In this document: positions 20,432-31,104 of the stretch, in pieces | How positions within the stretch are numbered: the first letter of the stretch is position 1 | How the letters are laid out: the number at the start of each line of letters is the position of its first letter | NCBI GenBank assembly: GCA_963662545.2 | Contig: CAXXLL010000002.1 | Span: 352,001 to 416,000, forward strand | Length of the DNA stretch: 64,000 nt | Direction: 5' to 3' | From: Gammaproteobacteria bacterium | GTDB lineage: Bacteria > Pseudomonadota > Gammaproteobacteria > Ga0077536 | Translations under genes and position numbers: made by a program | Notes under the pieces: model-generated | Told to the model about the DNA's origin: nothing | The model's database searches: none | Seen by the model: only the letters and a program-made list of their open reading frames with translations

Positions 20432-20660
20432 GTCGGTTTAGGGGTTCCTGTCCGAGCTATCCTACGGACGCGCACCGGCGACCTGAGTCGTCAGCACGAC
20501 CGTGCCGCCGTTCTCCAATCCAAAATTCCTGGTCTCGGGCACGGCGCCGCAGGCGCGTGCTGAGGCCGGCTGAATTTCCGTACGGCGATGCCGTTATCTC
20601 GAGCTCCCTCCGGGCGAATAAAATCGCCCGGCGACCGCCCTTTTCCAAGTTTCTCTCAAC

Positions 20661-20687
20661 TAAAGTTTGGCGCGCCAGCACCGATAT
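20661..20687 (+). promoter_or_regulatory. Putative sigma-28 (FliA) promoter
   Basis: TAAAGTTT-N11-ACCGATAT versus consensus TAAAGTTT-N11-GCCGATAA, about 100 bp upstream of pomA. Confidence 0.65.
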
Positions 20688-20783
20688 CAATGCTTGACCG
20701 GCAAGCGTGACGCGCGCGCGACGAATCATGGGAAGCGGTTAAGGAAATTTCTTTTAGTTTCAAATAGTTAAAAAGGAAAAAAC

Positions 20784-21566
20784 GTGGATCTGGCGACCCT
20801 TTTAGGCTTGATTGGCGCCATCGGAATCGTGCTCACGGCGATCGTTACCGGTGGCGAGATCGGTCTATTCATCAACTTTCCATCCATCATGATCGTCGTC
20901 GGCGGGACCATCGGCGCGGTCATGATGAAGTTCACCCTGCCCCAGTTTCTGGGCGCGTTCAAGGTTGCCATGCGGGCGTTCATATTTAAACTCGACAAGC
21001 CCGAGGAACTCATCGAGTTGACCGTCGAAATGGCGCAAGAGGCGCGCAAGGGCGGATTACTCGCGCTGGAGGGCAAGGAAACCGATAACGCGTTTCTGGC
21101 CAAGGGCATTCAGATGATGGTCGATGGTCACGAGCCCGACGTGGTCAAGCAGACCCTGATGACCGACATGCGTGCGGCAGTCGATCGCCACGACATTGGA
21201 CGCAAGATCTTCAAATCGATCGGGGACGCGGCACCGGCGATGGGCATGATCGGTACGCTCATCGGCCTGGTTCAGATGCTGTCGAATATGAGTGATCCCG
21301 CCTCGATCGGACCTTCGATGGCGGTAGCGCTGTTGACGACGCTGTACGGCGCGATGATCGCCAATATCTTCGCGATACCCATCGCCGACAAACTGGCGCT
21401 GCGAGCGGACGAAGAACGCATGGTGAAATCGATGATCATCGACAGCCTGCTGGGCATCCAGGAAGGTCGGAATCCGCGGGTGATTGAGGAAATTCTTAAA
21501 ACCTATCTCCCGAGTTCGAAGCGCAACCTTCCGAACGAAGAGGTCCAGGCACCTCAGGATGATTGA
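20784..21566 (+). CDS. pomA: Flagellar stator A subunit (PomA/MotA family)
   Basis: MDLATLLG, ARKGGLLALE, APAMGMIGTLIGLVQML, MAVALLTTLYG. Confidence 0.92.
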   Translation: MDLATLLGLIGAIGIVLTAIVTGGEIGLFINFPSIMIVVGGTIGAVMMKFTLPQFLGAFKVAMRAFIFKLDKPEELIELTVEMAQEARKGGLLALEGKETDNAFLAKGIQMMVDGHEPDVVKQTLMTDMRAAVDRHDIGRKIFKSIGDAAPAMGMIGTLIGLVQMLSNMSDPASIGPSMAVALLTTLYGAMIANIFAIPIADKLALRADEERMVKSMIIDSLLGIQEGRNPRVIEEILKTYLPSSKRNLPNEEVQAPQDD

Positions 21567-22587
21567 AGATCAACCTCGTAAGCAGGAGGAACCGGGAGGC
21601 GCTTGGATCACGACTTTCGCTGATCTCATGTCGCTGCTGATGTGCTTTTTCGTATTGCTGTTGTCTTTCGCGGAACTCGACATCATGAAGTTCAAGGCCG
21701 TGGCGGGATCAATGAAGCTCGCCTTCGGCGTGCAACGGGAAATCAAGGCGATCGAGGTACCCAAGGGAACGAGCATTATCGCCCAGGAGTTCAGCGCGGC
21801 TGCGCCCGATCCAGGGGCTATCAATGAGATTCGGCAACAGACGACCGACGAAGACAAGCAAACCCTCGAATTCACCGACGCGTTGGTTAATGAGACGGAT
21901 GGAGAGGATCCCGAAGATATGGACGGCGGCCAGCCCGAACAGTTCGAGGAAACCGAAGCCGATGCGCAACGCCTGGTCGAGGCCCTCAAAAACGAAATCG
22001 AAGAGGGCATGATCCAGATAGAGACGCAAGCCGATTCCATCGTCATTCGAATTCGGGAGAAAGGTTCGTTCCCGTCGGGCACGGCGCTGTTCGATCCGGC
22101 GTTTCAACAGGTGCTCGAAAAACTGCGCGATGCCATGCAAGACGTAGAAGGCACCATTGCGGTCGCCGGCCACACCGACGATATTCCAATCAGCACATCG
22201 CTGTACCGCTCGAACTGGGATCTTTCCTCGGCGCGAGCCGTATCAGTCGTTCATGCGCTGCTGGAAAGCGGAACGCTCGACGTGGCGCGCTTCGTCGTCG
22301 AAGGACACGGTGATGCCCATCCATTGGTGCCCAACGACACGGCCGAGAATCGCACCCAGAACCGGCGCGTCGAAGTCACGATACGCCAGAGTCAGTTCGA
22401 GCTAGACTCGGTCGAGGAGGCGATGGCCGCCTACGCCGCACCGGAATCCCGCGAAGCCCGGGCGTCACCCCGGCAAGAGCCTGAAAGCGCCCTCGACGAG
22501 CCGGCGGAATCCACGGCGCAAGAACCGGTCCCCGAGCAACCGGAATCCCGTATCGACCTGATACGCAAAGGCATAGAAGGGGCGTGA
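21559..22587 (+). CDS. pomB: Flagellar stator B subunit (PomB/MotB family)
   Basis: WITTFADLMSLLMCFFVLLLSF with conserved Asp; OmpA-like GHTDD...NWDLSSARA...NRRVE. Confidence 0.92.
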   Translation: MIEDQPRKQEEPGGAWITTFADLMSLLMCFFVLLLSFAELDIMKFKAVAGSMKLAFGVQREIKAIEVPKGTSIIAQEFSAAAPDPGAINEIRQQTTDEDKQTLEFTDALVNETDGEDPEDMDGGQPEQFEETEADAQRLVEALKNEIEEGMIQIETQADSIVIRIREKGSFPSGTALFDPAFQQVLEKLRDAMQDVEGTIAVAGHTDDIPISTSLYRSNWDLSSARAVSVVHALLESGTLDVARFVVEGHGDAHPLVPNDTAENRTQNRRVEVTIRQSQFELDSVEEAMAAYAAPESREARASPRQEPESALDEPAESTAQEPVPEQPESRIDLIRKGIEGA

Positions 22588-22754
22588 GGCCTGACGATGG
22601 ACCGCGCCCTTTATTTCGACCACAAACGAATGGAGCATCAAGTAAATATGTGCTTGATGAATGAAGTGCAACGGACGCCGCATTATCGTTGCAGTGAGGT
22701 AAGAAATGCCAGGAAAACATTTTTTTACCACCACCTTCAAGCGGAGCTAAGACC

Positions 22755-23354
22755 ATGACAACAGAACGTCGACGGTATTTCCGAATCCAAGAACGGGCCT
22801 TAATCAAATATCGCGTGATCCAGGAAGATATGCTCGTCGAAGAGCGCAAATTCATCTTTCTCAACGAGATTAAGGTCGAAAATCTGCACGCGGCCCTGTT
22901 GGGCATCGACCTGCGCCTGCATGACCTCGTCGCTGCTGTACGTGGGGAAAGCAAGCTCGTCGCTGAGGCCCTAGATCTCATCAATAGAAAATTAACCTTG
23001 CTCGAACGTGTCGTGTCACTGGAGAGTGCGCATTCGGGCGGATCCGAATACCACGAGCACGAACCGACCCAGATTGATCTCAGCGGCGGGGGCATGGCGC
23101 TGATCGCTACCACGCCGCTCGCCTCGAGCGCCTGGCTCGCAATCGATATGGTGCTGCTGCCGACGAATCACCCGATGCGGGTGATCGGCCGCGTGGTGGA
23201 TTGCAGACAAAACGATGGCGGCGGATTTGCGATTGCGATCGAGTTCGAGGAAATTCGCGAAGAAGACAGGGACATGCTCATCCAACACATCGTTCGCAAA
23301 CAATCGCAGGTATTGAGGGAGGAGAGACTTGAAGGCGCTGAAGACGCCGCTTGA
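22755..23354 (+). CDS. PilZ-domain protein
   Basis: ERRRYFR (RxxxR) and DLSGGG motifs. Confidence 0.85.
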   Translation: MTTERRRYFRIQERALIKYRVIQEDMLVEERKFIFLNEIKVENLHAALLGIDLRLHDLVAAVRGESKLVAEALDLINRKLTLLERVVSLESAHSGGSEYHEHEPTQIDLSGGGMALIATTPLASSAWLAIDMVLLPTNHPMRVIGRVVDCRQNDGGGFAIAIEFEEIREEDRDMLIQHIVRKQSQVLREERLEGAEDAA

Positions 23355-23384
23355 CAACCAGAGGGTCAAACTGGTTACACCAGG

Positions 23385-23951
23385 TCAGGCTTTTGGCAGG
23401 GTAACGCCGCTTTGTCCCTGGTACTTGCCGGCGCGATCCTTATAAGACACTTCACAATCTTCGTCGGATTCCAGAAATATCACCTGTGCGGCGCCTTCGT
23501 TGGCATAGATCTTCGCGGGCAAAGGCGTGGTATTCGAGAATTCGAGCGTGACGTGGCCTTCCCACTCCGGCTCCAGTGGCGTCACGTTGACGATGATTCC
23601 GCAGCGCGCATAGGTGGATTTGCCGAGGCAGATCGTGAGCACGTTGCGGGGAATGCGGAAATACTCGATCGTGCGCGCCAGCACAAATGAATTCGGCGGA
23701 ATAATACACACGTCCGCATTAACATCGACGAAACTTGCAGGATCGAAATTTTTTGGATCGACGATCGTCGTGTTGATATTGGTGAAGATCTTAAATTCCG
23801 GTGCACAACGCAAATCGTAGCCGTAGCTCGACGTACCAAAGGAGATGACTTTGGTGTCACCCACTTTCCGAACTTGCCGTGGTTCGAATGGTTCAATCAG
23901 ACCGTGCGATGCCGCCATTCGCTTGATCCAGCGATCGGACTTTACCGGCAC
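23385..23951 (-). CDS. dcd: dCTP deaminase
   Basis: [31 protein letters not shown]. Confidence 0.96.
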   Translation of the reverse strand: MPVKSDRWIKRMAASHGLIEPFEPRQVRKVGDTKVISFGTSSYGYDLRCAPEFKIFTNINTTIVDPKNFDPASFVDVNADVCIIPPNSFVLARTIEYFRIPRNVLTICLGKSTYARCGIIVNVTPLEPEWEGHVTLEFSNTTPLPAKIYANEGAAQVIFLESDEDCEVSYKDRAGKYQGQSGVTLPKA

Positions 23952-23976
23952 CTCACAGCTTCCCCGTCCGTCTCGT

Positions 23977-25062
23977 TCAATTGTTTTGAATGACTATTTT
24001 GGGAAACTTTGCAGAATGGTCCTGCGCCTGCAACGCCAGCCGGGCCGCGATCTTGCGCGCGATCTGACGGTATGTTTCCGCAATTTGGGATTCCGGCTCG
24101 ATCGCGACGGTTGGGCGCCCGTTATCGACGCCTTCGCGAATCGCGATGTCGAGCGGCAGTGAGCCCAGCAGGTCGATGCCGTATTGTTTCGCCATGGATT
24201 CGCCCCCGCCCTGGCCGAACACGTGCTCCGCATGACCGCACTGACTGCAGATATGTACGCTCATGTTCTCGACGATCCCGAGCACCGGAACGTTGACCTT
24301 TTCGAACATCTTGAGCCCTTTCCGGGCGTCGAGCAGCGCGATGTCCTGCGGTGTAGTGACGATCACCGCACCGCTCACCGGGATCCGCTGACATAGCGTT
24401 AAATGGATGTCGCCGGTACCCGGCGGCAGGTCGACGACCAGATAGTCGAGATCACGCCAATTGGTATCGTTGAGAAGCTGCTCCAGCGCGCCCGTGACCA
24501 TCGGGCCGCGCCAGATCATGGGCGTATCGTCTTCGATGAGATTGCCCATCGAGATCGATTGCAGTTCGTAGCTGATCTGCGGTTCCATGGATTTACCGTC
24601 CCGGCTTGCAGGCCGGCCGTGACTCGCGAGCATGCGCGTCTGACTCGGGCCGTAAATGTCGGCGTCGAGCACGCCGACTTTGCCACCCTCTTGTTTCAAG
24701 GCGAGAGCCAGGTTGGTTGCAGTGGTCGACTTGCCGACCCCGCCCTTCCCGGAGGCGATCGCGATGATATTACGGACCTCCGGCATTGGTTTGATTCCTT
24801 TCTGCACCTCGCGCGCTACGATGCGAGAGGAGATTTCGAATCGAATGTCGACGCCGTCGATGCCTGCGACGGCTTTTTGCAGGCGTTGTTCGAGTTCTGG
24901 TCGGTAACGGTCGAGCGGAAAACCGAGCAGGACCTTGACGGTGGCCGTCGATCCCTCGACTTCGATTCCCGTAATGGCCTTTGCAGCTACCAGATCCATG
25001 CCCAGATACGGGTCCGCCTCGGCTGCAAGTGCCTGTGTGATTCGATCTTCTGTCTGACTCAT
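23977..25062 (-). CDS. apbC: Fe-S cluster carrier ApbC/Mrp
   Basis: [41 protein letters not shown]; start ATG 25062. Confidence 0.95.
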   Translation of the reverse strand: MSQTEDRITQALAAEADPYLGMDLVAAKAITGIEVEGSTATVKVLLGFPLDRYRPELEQRLQKAVAGIDGVDIRFEISSRIVAREVQKGIKPMPEVRNIIAIASGKGGVGKSTTATNLALALKQEGGKVGVLDADIYGPSQTRMLASHGRPASRDGKSMEPQISYELQSISMGNLIEDDTPMIWRGPMVTGALEQLLNDTNWRDLDYLVVDLPPGTGDIHLTLCQRIPVSGAVIVTTPQDIALLDARKGLKMFEKVNVPVLGIVENMSVHICSQCGHAEHVFGQGGGESMAKQYGIDLLGSLPLDIAIREGVDNGRPTVAIEPESQIAETYRQIARKIAARLALQAQDHSAKFPKIVIQNN

Positions 25063-25257
25063 AAATTCGTGTCCTTTCCAGAATCGCATTTTACACCATC
25101 GGTCGAGACTCTCGCTGCTGCTTATCCTTAGGAAGCGGCAACGGTTATGTCCTTGATGGAGCCGCAAACACCCCGGATGGTTGACACGGCATCGCAGGGT
25201 CTTCTCCGGTGGCAGCTGATCAGCAGGGACGGACGGGCAAATAACCAGGTTTTCCAC

Positions 25258-25308
25258 CAGCCTGATAAACTGCGCTCCTCGAAGTTCAAGGGTCCGACAG
25301 GCTGCTAA
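25258..25308. repeat. Short family-C remnant
   Basis: gtccgacaggctg-ctaa matches the family-C end; opposite end only cagcctg at 25258. Confidence 0.5.
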
Positions 25309-25355
25309 TCACAAGCCCATCAATAAACCCTGCAACCGCGTCCAGTTCCACCGCC

Positions 25356-27377
25356 ATGTCCGAGCAAAAGCGAAAAATTCTCGTCACCAGCGCGCTACCC
25401 TACGCCAATGGGCCGATACACATCGGCCACCTGGTCGAATACATACAGACCGATATCTGGGTCCGATTTCAGAAAATGCAGGGACACGAGTGTTACTACG
25501 TGTGTGCCGACGATGCTCACGGCACGCCGATCATGCTCAAAGCGGAGCAGGAAGGAGTGACGCCGGAGCAGCTCATCGAGCGTGTCGGTGCGAGCCATCG
25601 CCGGGATTTCGACGACTTTGGCATCGAATTCGACAACTATTATTCGACGCATACGGACGAAAATCGCGAGTTCGCCGAACTGATCTACACGCGCCTTCGC
25701 GATAAGGGCTTCATTTCAAAGCGCACGATTCGGCAGGCTTTCGATCCGCTCAAACAGATGTTCCTGCCGGATCGTTTCATTCGGGGCACGTGTCCGCGCT
25801 GCAAATCACCGGATCAATATGGCGACAGCTGTGAAGTCTGCGGCGCTACCTACGCGCCGACGGATTTGCTCGATCCCGTGTCGGCCTTGAGCGGTGTGAC
25901 GCCCGAGCTCAAGGAATCGGAGCACCTCTTTTTCACCCTGGGTGCTTTCGAGAATATGCTGAAGGATTGGCTCGCTAATCATGACCTGCAGCGAGGCGTC
26001 GTCAACAAGCTGAGCGAATGGTTCGAAGTGGGATTACAGGACTGGGACATATCACGGGACGCGCCGTATTTCGGATTCGAGGTACCGGATCATCCAGGTA
26101 AATTCTTCTACGTATGGCTAGACGCTCCGATCGGGTATCTCGCGAGCTTCAAGAACCTGTGCGTGCGCAAAGGCTTGGATTTCGAGGCCTTTTGCGGCAA
26201 GGACAGCACAGCCGAGATGGTCCACTTCATCGGCAAGGACATCATGTATTTCCACACGCTGTTCTGGCCGGCGATGCTGTACGGCGCGGATTTCAGGCTG
26301 CCTTCCAATGTCTTTGTTCATGGCTTTCTCACCGTCGAGGGGACGAAGATGTCCAAGGCGCGAGGCACTTTTGTTGCGGCCCGTACTTATCTGGAGCACC
26401 TGAATCCGGAGTATCTGCGTTATTACTTTGCCGCCAAATTGAATGCGGCCATCGAAGACATCGATTTGAATCTCGAGGATTTCGAGGCGCGGGTGAATGC
26501 GGACATGGTCGGCAAGGTCGTCAATATCGCCAGCCGCTGCGCGGGATTCCTGAGCAAGCGTTTCGACGGCGAACTCAGTGCCGAAATAGATGCACCCGAG
26601 CTGTTGGCGCAGTTTCAGGAAGCGGCGGATTCGATCGCGCGCAAATACGAAGCGCGGGAGTACGGCCGCGCCATGCGTGAGATCATGGGGCTGGCCGACA
26701 GCGCCAATCAGTACATCGACAAACGCCGTCCGTGGGTCATCGCCAAGGAAACATCGCGCGCCTCGGAACTACGGCAGGTCTGCAGCATGGGTATCTACCT
26801 TTTCAGGATCTTGATGGTGTATCTGAAACCCGTACTGCCGATTACCTGCCGCAACGCCGAAATCTTTCTCGGCGGCGCAGAGCTTGATTGGACCGATGCG
26901 CAGAACATACCGGACGAACTGCGGATCCAAAAATTCAAACCGCTGATGCAGCGCGTCGATGGAGATAAAGTCAGACAGATGATTGAAGCGAGCAAAGAAC
27001 AAGACGCAGCCGGCGACGAAAATGCCGAAGCGGGCGGCGGCATTTTCGAGCCGGAGATCAGCATCGAAGAATTCGCGCGTATCGATTTGCGCGTTGCCCG
27101 GATACAAGACGCGCGCCACGTCGAGGGCGCAGACAAACTGATCCAGTTGGTACTCGATGTCGGCAGCGAGGAAAGGCAGGTATTCGCCGGAATCAAGCAG
27201 GCCTATGAGCCGGAAACCCTGATCGGGCGTCAGGTGGTCATGGTGGCGAATCTCGCGCCGCGCAAGATGCGGTTCGGGGTGTCGCAGGGCATGGTATTAG
27301 GCGCCGGTCCCGGCGGAAAGGACATCTTTCTCCTCGAACCCGATACCGGCGCCGTGCCCGGCATGCGGGTGAAGTAG
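25356..27377 (+). CDS. metG: Methionyl-tRNA synthetase
   Basis: [11 protein letters not shown], zinc knuckle, KMSKA, C-terminal tRNA-binding domain. Confidence 0.97.
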   Translation: MSEQKRKILVTSALPYANGPIHIGHLVEYIQTDIWVRFQKMQGHECYYVCADDAHGTPIMLKAEQEGVTPEQLIERVGASHRRDFDDFGIEFDNYYSTHTDENREFAELIYTRLRDKGFISKRTIRQAFDPLKQMFLPDRFIRGTCPRCKSPDQYGDSCEVCGATYAPTDLLDPVSALSGVTPELKESEHLFFTLGAFENMLKDWLANHDLQRGVVNKLSEWFEVGLQDWDISRDAPYFGFEVPDHPGKFFYVWLDAPIGYLASFKNLCVRKGLDFEAFCGKDSTAEMVHFIGKDIMYFHTLFWPAMLYGADFRLPSNVFVHGFLTVEGTKMSKARGTFVAARTYLEHLNPEYLRYYFAAKLNAAIEDIDLNLEDFEARVNADMVGKVVNIASRCAGFLSKRFDGELSAEIDAPELLAQFQEAADSIARKYEAREYGRAMREIMGLADSANQYIDKRRPWVIAKETSRASELRQVCSMGIYLFRILMVYLKPVLPITCRNAEIFLGGAELDWTDAQNIPDELRIQKFKPLMQRVDGDKVRQMIEASKEQDAAGDENAEAGGGIFEPEISIEEFARIDLRVARIQDARHVEGADKLIQLVLDVGSEERQVFAGIKQAYEPETLIGRQVVMVANLAPRKMRFGVSQGMVLGAGPGGKDIFLLEPDTGAVPGMRVK

Positions 27378-27387
27378 CCCAGATCAG

Positions 27388-27945
27388 GTGGCCGGAACGA
27401 TGACAGGGGGGCTGACCGGCGACATCATCCTGGTCTATCTGATCGGTCTGTGTCCTGCACTGGCGCTATCCCGCAACTTCGATGCTGCATTGGGATTGGG
27501 TGCCGTCACGATCATCATGGCGCCCCCCGCCGCCTTAATCGGCTATTGGATCGCATCGACGCAAAGCCATGTGATCGTCGTGTTACCGCTGATAATAGCA
27601 GGACTGTTCATTTCAATATTCTATTCAGCGAAACTGCTCGAAATCTTTCTGCGCAAGGTTCATGGTCTACTGGAAGCCACTGTGCCGCTGATGGCCGTCA
27701 ACTGCACGTTACTGGGCATCGTTCTGATTTCCGCCAATGCCGCCGCCGGCGCCGCCGGCGCAACTCTCTACGCTTTATCGCTGGCCTGCGGCTACGCTTT
27801 GGTACTCGCCGTGTTCTCTCAATTGCGCGAGCGCTTGCTTGGCTCCGACGTCCCTAGTCCGTTTCGAGACGCGCCGGTCGCGCTGATCACCCTAGGTATC
27901 ATCGCGCTTGCCCTGTTCGGTTTTACGGGAATGCGAACACTTTAA
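27388..27945 (+). CDS. rnfA: Rnf/Rsx complex subunit A (divergent)
   Basis: LIGLCP, AVNCTLLG, RERL..SDVPSPFR..PVALIT.GI.ALA..GF.G. Confidence 0.82.
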   Translation: MAGTMTGGLTGDIILVYLIGLCPALALSRNFDAALGLGAVTIIMAPPAALIGYWIASTQSHVIVVLPLIIAGLFISIFYSAKLLEIFLRKVHGLLEATVPLMAVNCTLLGIVLISANAAAGAAGATLYALSLACGYALVLAVFSQLRERLLGSDVPSPFRDAPVALITLGIIALALFGFTGMRTL

Positions 27946-28112
27946 GGAACCTCTGAATAAGTCATGGCCCATCTGCCTTGCCCATGAAATCGCGGAGCCT
28001 TACGTTACGAACCTTAGCCCTAATCCCGGTATGGCCTGCGATTCGTGCCTTGTATCTGCACCATTGCATGAACCATTCAGACGCACGATGACTTATTCAG
28101 AGGTTTCTTTAA
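27942..28112 (+). mobile_element. MITE-like element family A, subtype A1 (162 bp, 27946-28107)
   Basis: ttaa-ggaacctctgaataag...cttattcagaggtttc; left flank contains the rnfA stop codon. Confidence 0.88.
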
Positions 28113-28137
28113 TGCGGGCTAGGACGGGCCAATTGCA

Positions 28138-28671
28138 ATGTTATTAACCTTCGCGATTGCGATTCTGGCAGGCCTGGCCGCGGTTTGGCTCGCCTATACC
28201 GTGCGGACAGGCAGGGTATCGGGGGCGGACAGCACCGTCAGCCGGGTCGACGCGCTGTTGCCGCAAACCCAGTGTTGCAAGTGTGGCTACGATGGATGTG
28301 CGCCTTACGCCGAGGCCATCGTCTATGCGAACGAGTCAATTTCGTTATGTCCTCCAGGGGGGGATGCAACGCGCCGCGCGCTGGCATCCATGCTGGGCCG
28401 CGACCCGGGAGCCGCTGGCGGCGACGGGAGCCTGCCTACGAGGCTAGTTGCCGAGATCGTGGAAAGCGAGTGTATCGGGTGCACCAAATGCATCCGGGTA
28501 TGCCCGGTCGATGCGATCGTCGGCGCCAACGGGAGAATGCATACCGTGATTGCGAATCTATGCACGGGGTGCGATCTCTGCACACCCGTGTGCCCGACCG
28601 ACTGCATCGAAATGCGTATACCGCTAAGCCAGGGGCGCCGCCCGGTCTGGATGGCGCCGATCGCGGCTTGA
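28138..28671 (+). CDS. rnfB: Rnf/Rsx complex subunit B
   Basis: LPQTQCCKCGYDGC...CPPGG; CIGCTKCIRVCP; CTGCDLCTPVCP. Confidence 0.92.
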   Translation: MLLTFAIAILAGLAAVWLAYTVRTGRVSGADSTVSRVDALLPQTQCCKCGYDGCAPYAEAIVYANESISLCPPGGDATRRALASMLGRDPGAAGGDGSLPTRLVAEIVESECIGCTKCIRVCPVDAIVGANGRMHTVIANLCTGCDLCTPVCPTDCIEMRIPLSQGRRPVWMAPIAA

Positions 28672-28689
28672 TTTAAATCGAGTCGGCGG

Positions 28690-28727
28690 GCCCGAAGGGC
28701 GGATGCCATGGATGGCATCCGCAATCC
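28690..28727 (-). repeat. Partial family-E hairpin repeat
   Basis: gcccgaagg + gcggatgcca-tgga-tggcatccgc; reverse complement reads catcc...cgcccttcgggc like 33493. Confidence 0.55.
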
Positions 28728-28785
28728 AGCCAGAGTCGCAACGCCGTATCGCGACGCGAGAACAAGCGAATTATGAAGGTTCATT

Positions 28786-29817
28786 GTGGGACAGCACGCT
28801 AGTTCACCCTTTGTAAAAGGGAGCCGGTCGGTCGCGCAGATCATGCGCTACGTTCTGCTGGCTCTGATTCCCGCTGTCGTACTGCACGTCGTTTTTATGG
28901 GCTTCGGTATCCTGATCCAATTCGCCCTGGCGGCGTTCGTCGGCATTGCACTTGAGATCGCGATACTTCGACTGCGGCGCAAACCGTGGCGCGACGGCAT
29001 TGACGACCTGAGCGTTTTGGTTCTCGCGGCACTCTTTACCATCGCCGTTCCGCCGTACGCCCCTTTCTGGTTCACCATCGCGGGGGTTGCGTTCGCGGTC
29101 ATCGTGGGTAAGCACATCTACGGTGGCATTGGCGGCAACGTATTCAATCCTGCCATGGCGGGGTATGCCTTCGTACTGGTGAGTTTCCCCGTGGTTGGGA
29201 CCCAATGGCCCGTGATCGGCGGGGAGGCCGACTTCATCGGCCCGCTAGGGGCCTTGATCCACATTTTCGCGTCCCAGGCGAGCGCCGACGCCGTGTCCGG
29301 CGCCACAGTGCTTGATTTCAGCCGCACCCAGGCGGCCTTGATGGTGATGCGTTCTGAAATGCTGGGCGATGCGGTGTTCGGGCGCATTGCCGGTCGGTCC
29401 TGGGAATGGATCAACTTCGCTTATTTGATCGGCGGTTTATGGTTGTGTTTCCTGCGCATCATCTCGTGGCGTATCGCCGCCGGTGTCATCGTGGGAATCG
29501 CACTGCCCGCCTTGATTTTCTCTGGACTCGACCCGGAACTTCGGGCAGGGGTTTTGTTCCATTTGTTTGCCGGCGCCGCGATGCCCGCCGCGTTTTTCAT
29601 TGCCACCGATCCGGTCTCGAGTCCGGCCGCGCCGCGGGCGATGCTGGCATTCGGTTTCGGCGTCGGTCTGTTGATCTATTGCATCAGGGTGTGGGGCGCC
29701 TACCCGGATGGGGTCGCCTTCTCTGTATTGATCATGAACGCCTTAGTGCCTGGTCTCGATCGAATCTTTCGGCCCCTGTCTTATGGGCGGCGGAATACCT
29801 TGAAGGATGCGGGCTAA
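28786..29817 (+). CDS. rnfD: Rnf/Rsx complex subunit D
   Basis: KHIYGGIGGNVFNPAMAG, FMN site DAVSGAT, FFIATDPVSSP, YPDGVAF. Confidence 0.93.
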   Translation: MGQHASSPFVKGSRSVAQIMRYVLLALIPAVVLHVVFMGFGILIQFALAAFVGIALEIAILRLRRKPWRDGIDDLSVLVLAALFTIAVPPYAPFWFTIAGVAFAVIVGKHIYGGIGGNVFNPAMAGYAFVLVSFPVVGTQWPVIGGEADFIGPLGALIHIFASQASADAVSGATVLDFSRTQAALMVMRSEMLGDAVFGRIAGRSWEWINFAYLIGGLWLCFLRIISWRIAAGVIVGIALPALIFSGLDPELRAGVLFHLFAGAAMPAAFFIATDPVSSPAAPRAMLAFGFGVGLLIYCIRVWGAYPDGVAFSVLIMNALVPGLDRIFRPLSYGRRNTLKDAG

Positions 29818-30436
29818 AAAAGAAATCGTTGGCGGCGCCGTCCTCGTCGTGGTTCTGGCGGCATCGAGTGTACTACTGTCCCTGGCAGGCGTGAAAATCG
29901 ACCTTGCGCGCGAACGAGCGCTGGAAGCAGCTTGGCTAAAACGCATCGAAGGGGTCATCAACGCTGAATTCGACAACGATCCGATCGGCACTCGCCAGAC
30001 CGTATCGAATGAGGTGCTTTTCGGGACTTCGATCGAAGCGCAGTACTGGACGCTGCTGCGGGGCAGTGATGTGGTGGCTTATGCCATTCAAGTGCCGGTT
30101 CCCGAGGCCTACAATGGCGTGATGAGCGTGATGGTCGGCATGGGTGCCGATGGCCGCGTAACCGGCGTGGACGTCCCCGAGCACAGCGAAACACCTTCAT
30201 ACGGCGGACGCTTGATTGCCGGCACCCGCTTTCTGGCGAGCTTTATCGATCGCGACGGGAGGGAAGACGGCGCGCTGTGGCGGGTTGCGGCGGGCGAAGG
30301 TGCGGTCGACGGTGTGACCGGAGCTACGATCACTAAAACCGCCGTGACGAACGGGGTATTTCGAGCGCTGCGATTCTACGAGGTGGTGACGGCGGCAAGC
30401 ACAAGCGAGAGCAAATCTAGAAGAGGGGTCGAATAG
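29807..30436 (+). CDS. rnfG: Rnf/Rsx complex subunit G
   Basis: N-terminal anchor, HSETP, FMN site DGVTGATIT. Confidence 0.88.
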   Translation: MRAKKEIVGGAVLVVVLAASSVLLSLAGVKIDLARERALEAAWLKRIEGVINAEFDNDPIGTRQTVSNEVLFGTSIEAQYWTLLRGSDVVAYAIQVPVPEAYNGVMSVMVGMGADGRVTGVDVPEHSETPSYGGRLIAGTRFLASFIDRDGREDGALWRVAAGEGAVDGVTGATITKTAVTNGVFRALRFYEVVTAASTSESKSRRGVE

Positions 30437-30438
30437 GC

Positions 30439-31104
30439 GTGGGATTGCGCGAAACGTGTGGTCGGTGCGTTGCGGTCTGCTACGAACGCAACCCGGTCAT
30501 CGCGAAAATGTTGGGTTTATGCCCGCTTCTGGCTATTACCGATACTGTCATGGACGGGGTGATCTTCGGTGGATTTTTCACTTGTGTGCTGTGCATCGCC
30601 GGCGTCGCCGTTCCGCCTCTCAGGTACCTCCTCGCCACGACTTTGCGTCCGCTTTTGTATCAGCTAGCATTGTCGATTATCGTCGCGGCAGTGGGCGCGT
30701 GGCTGATATCAAAATATTACGAAATGGTCGCGCCCTATGGTGTGTATCTCGCGCTGATAGCGGCGAATTGTCTTATCCTCGATTCCGTAGAGCATCGCAG
30801 GACAAGTGTTTCACTCTCTGCAGCGACCCTCGAGTTGTTGATTGAAGGGGCTTTCATCTGGATTTCGCTGGTCATGTTCGGCGCGATTCGCGAGATTCTC
30901 GCCAGCGGAACCTTGTTACTCGATGTCGCCGCGACCACGATTGGCGCGGTGCCCAGCCTGGGTGCGATGCCGATCGCCGGATCGTCCGCGGGCGCGCTCA
31001 TTTTATTAGGATTGATCGCTGCAGGAATCAATGCGGCGCGGCGTTCTGAGCCGGCCGGCGGCCAAATCATGTCTCCCCTCGCCGAGGCTGACCCCGCGCC
31101 TTGA
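30439..31104 (+). CDS. rnfE: Rnf/Rsx complex subunit E (divergent)
   Basis: NPV...LGLCPLLA, LIAANCLIL, GAIREILASGTL. Confidence 0.85.
   Translation: MGLRETCGRCVAVCYERNPVIAKMLGLCPLLAITDTVMDGVIFGGFFTCVLCIAGVAVPPLRYLLATTLRPLLYQLALSIIVAAVGAWLISKYYEMVAPYGVYLALIAANCLILDSVEHRRTSVSLSAATLELLIEGAFIWISLVMFGAIREILASGTLLLDVAATTIGAVPSLGAMPIAGSSAGALILLGLIAAGINAARRSEPAGGQIMSPLAEADPAP

Noticed and set aside
27908-28147. Similar peptides (EPLNKSWPICLAHEIAE...) read from family-A copies
   Set aside because: Differences between copies are mostly replacements and indels; explained by DNA repeat similarity
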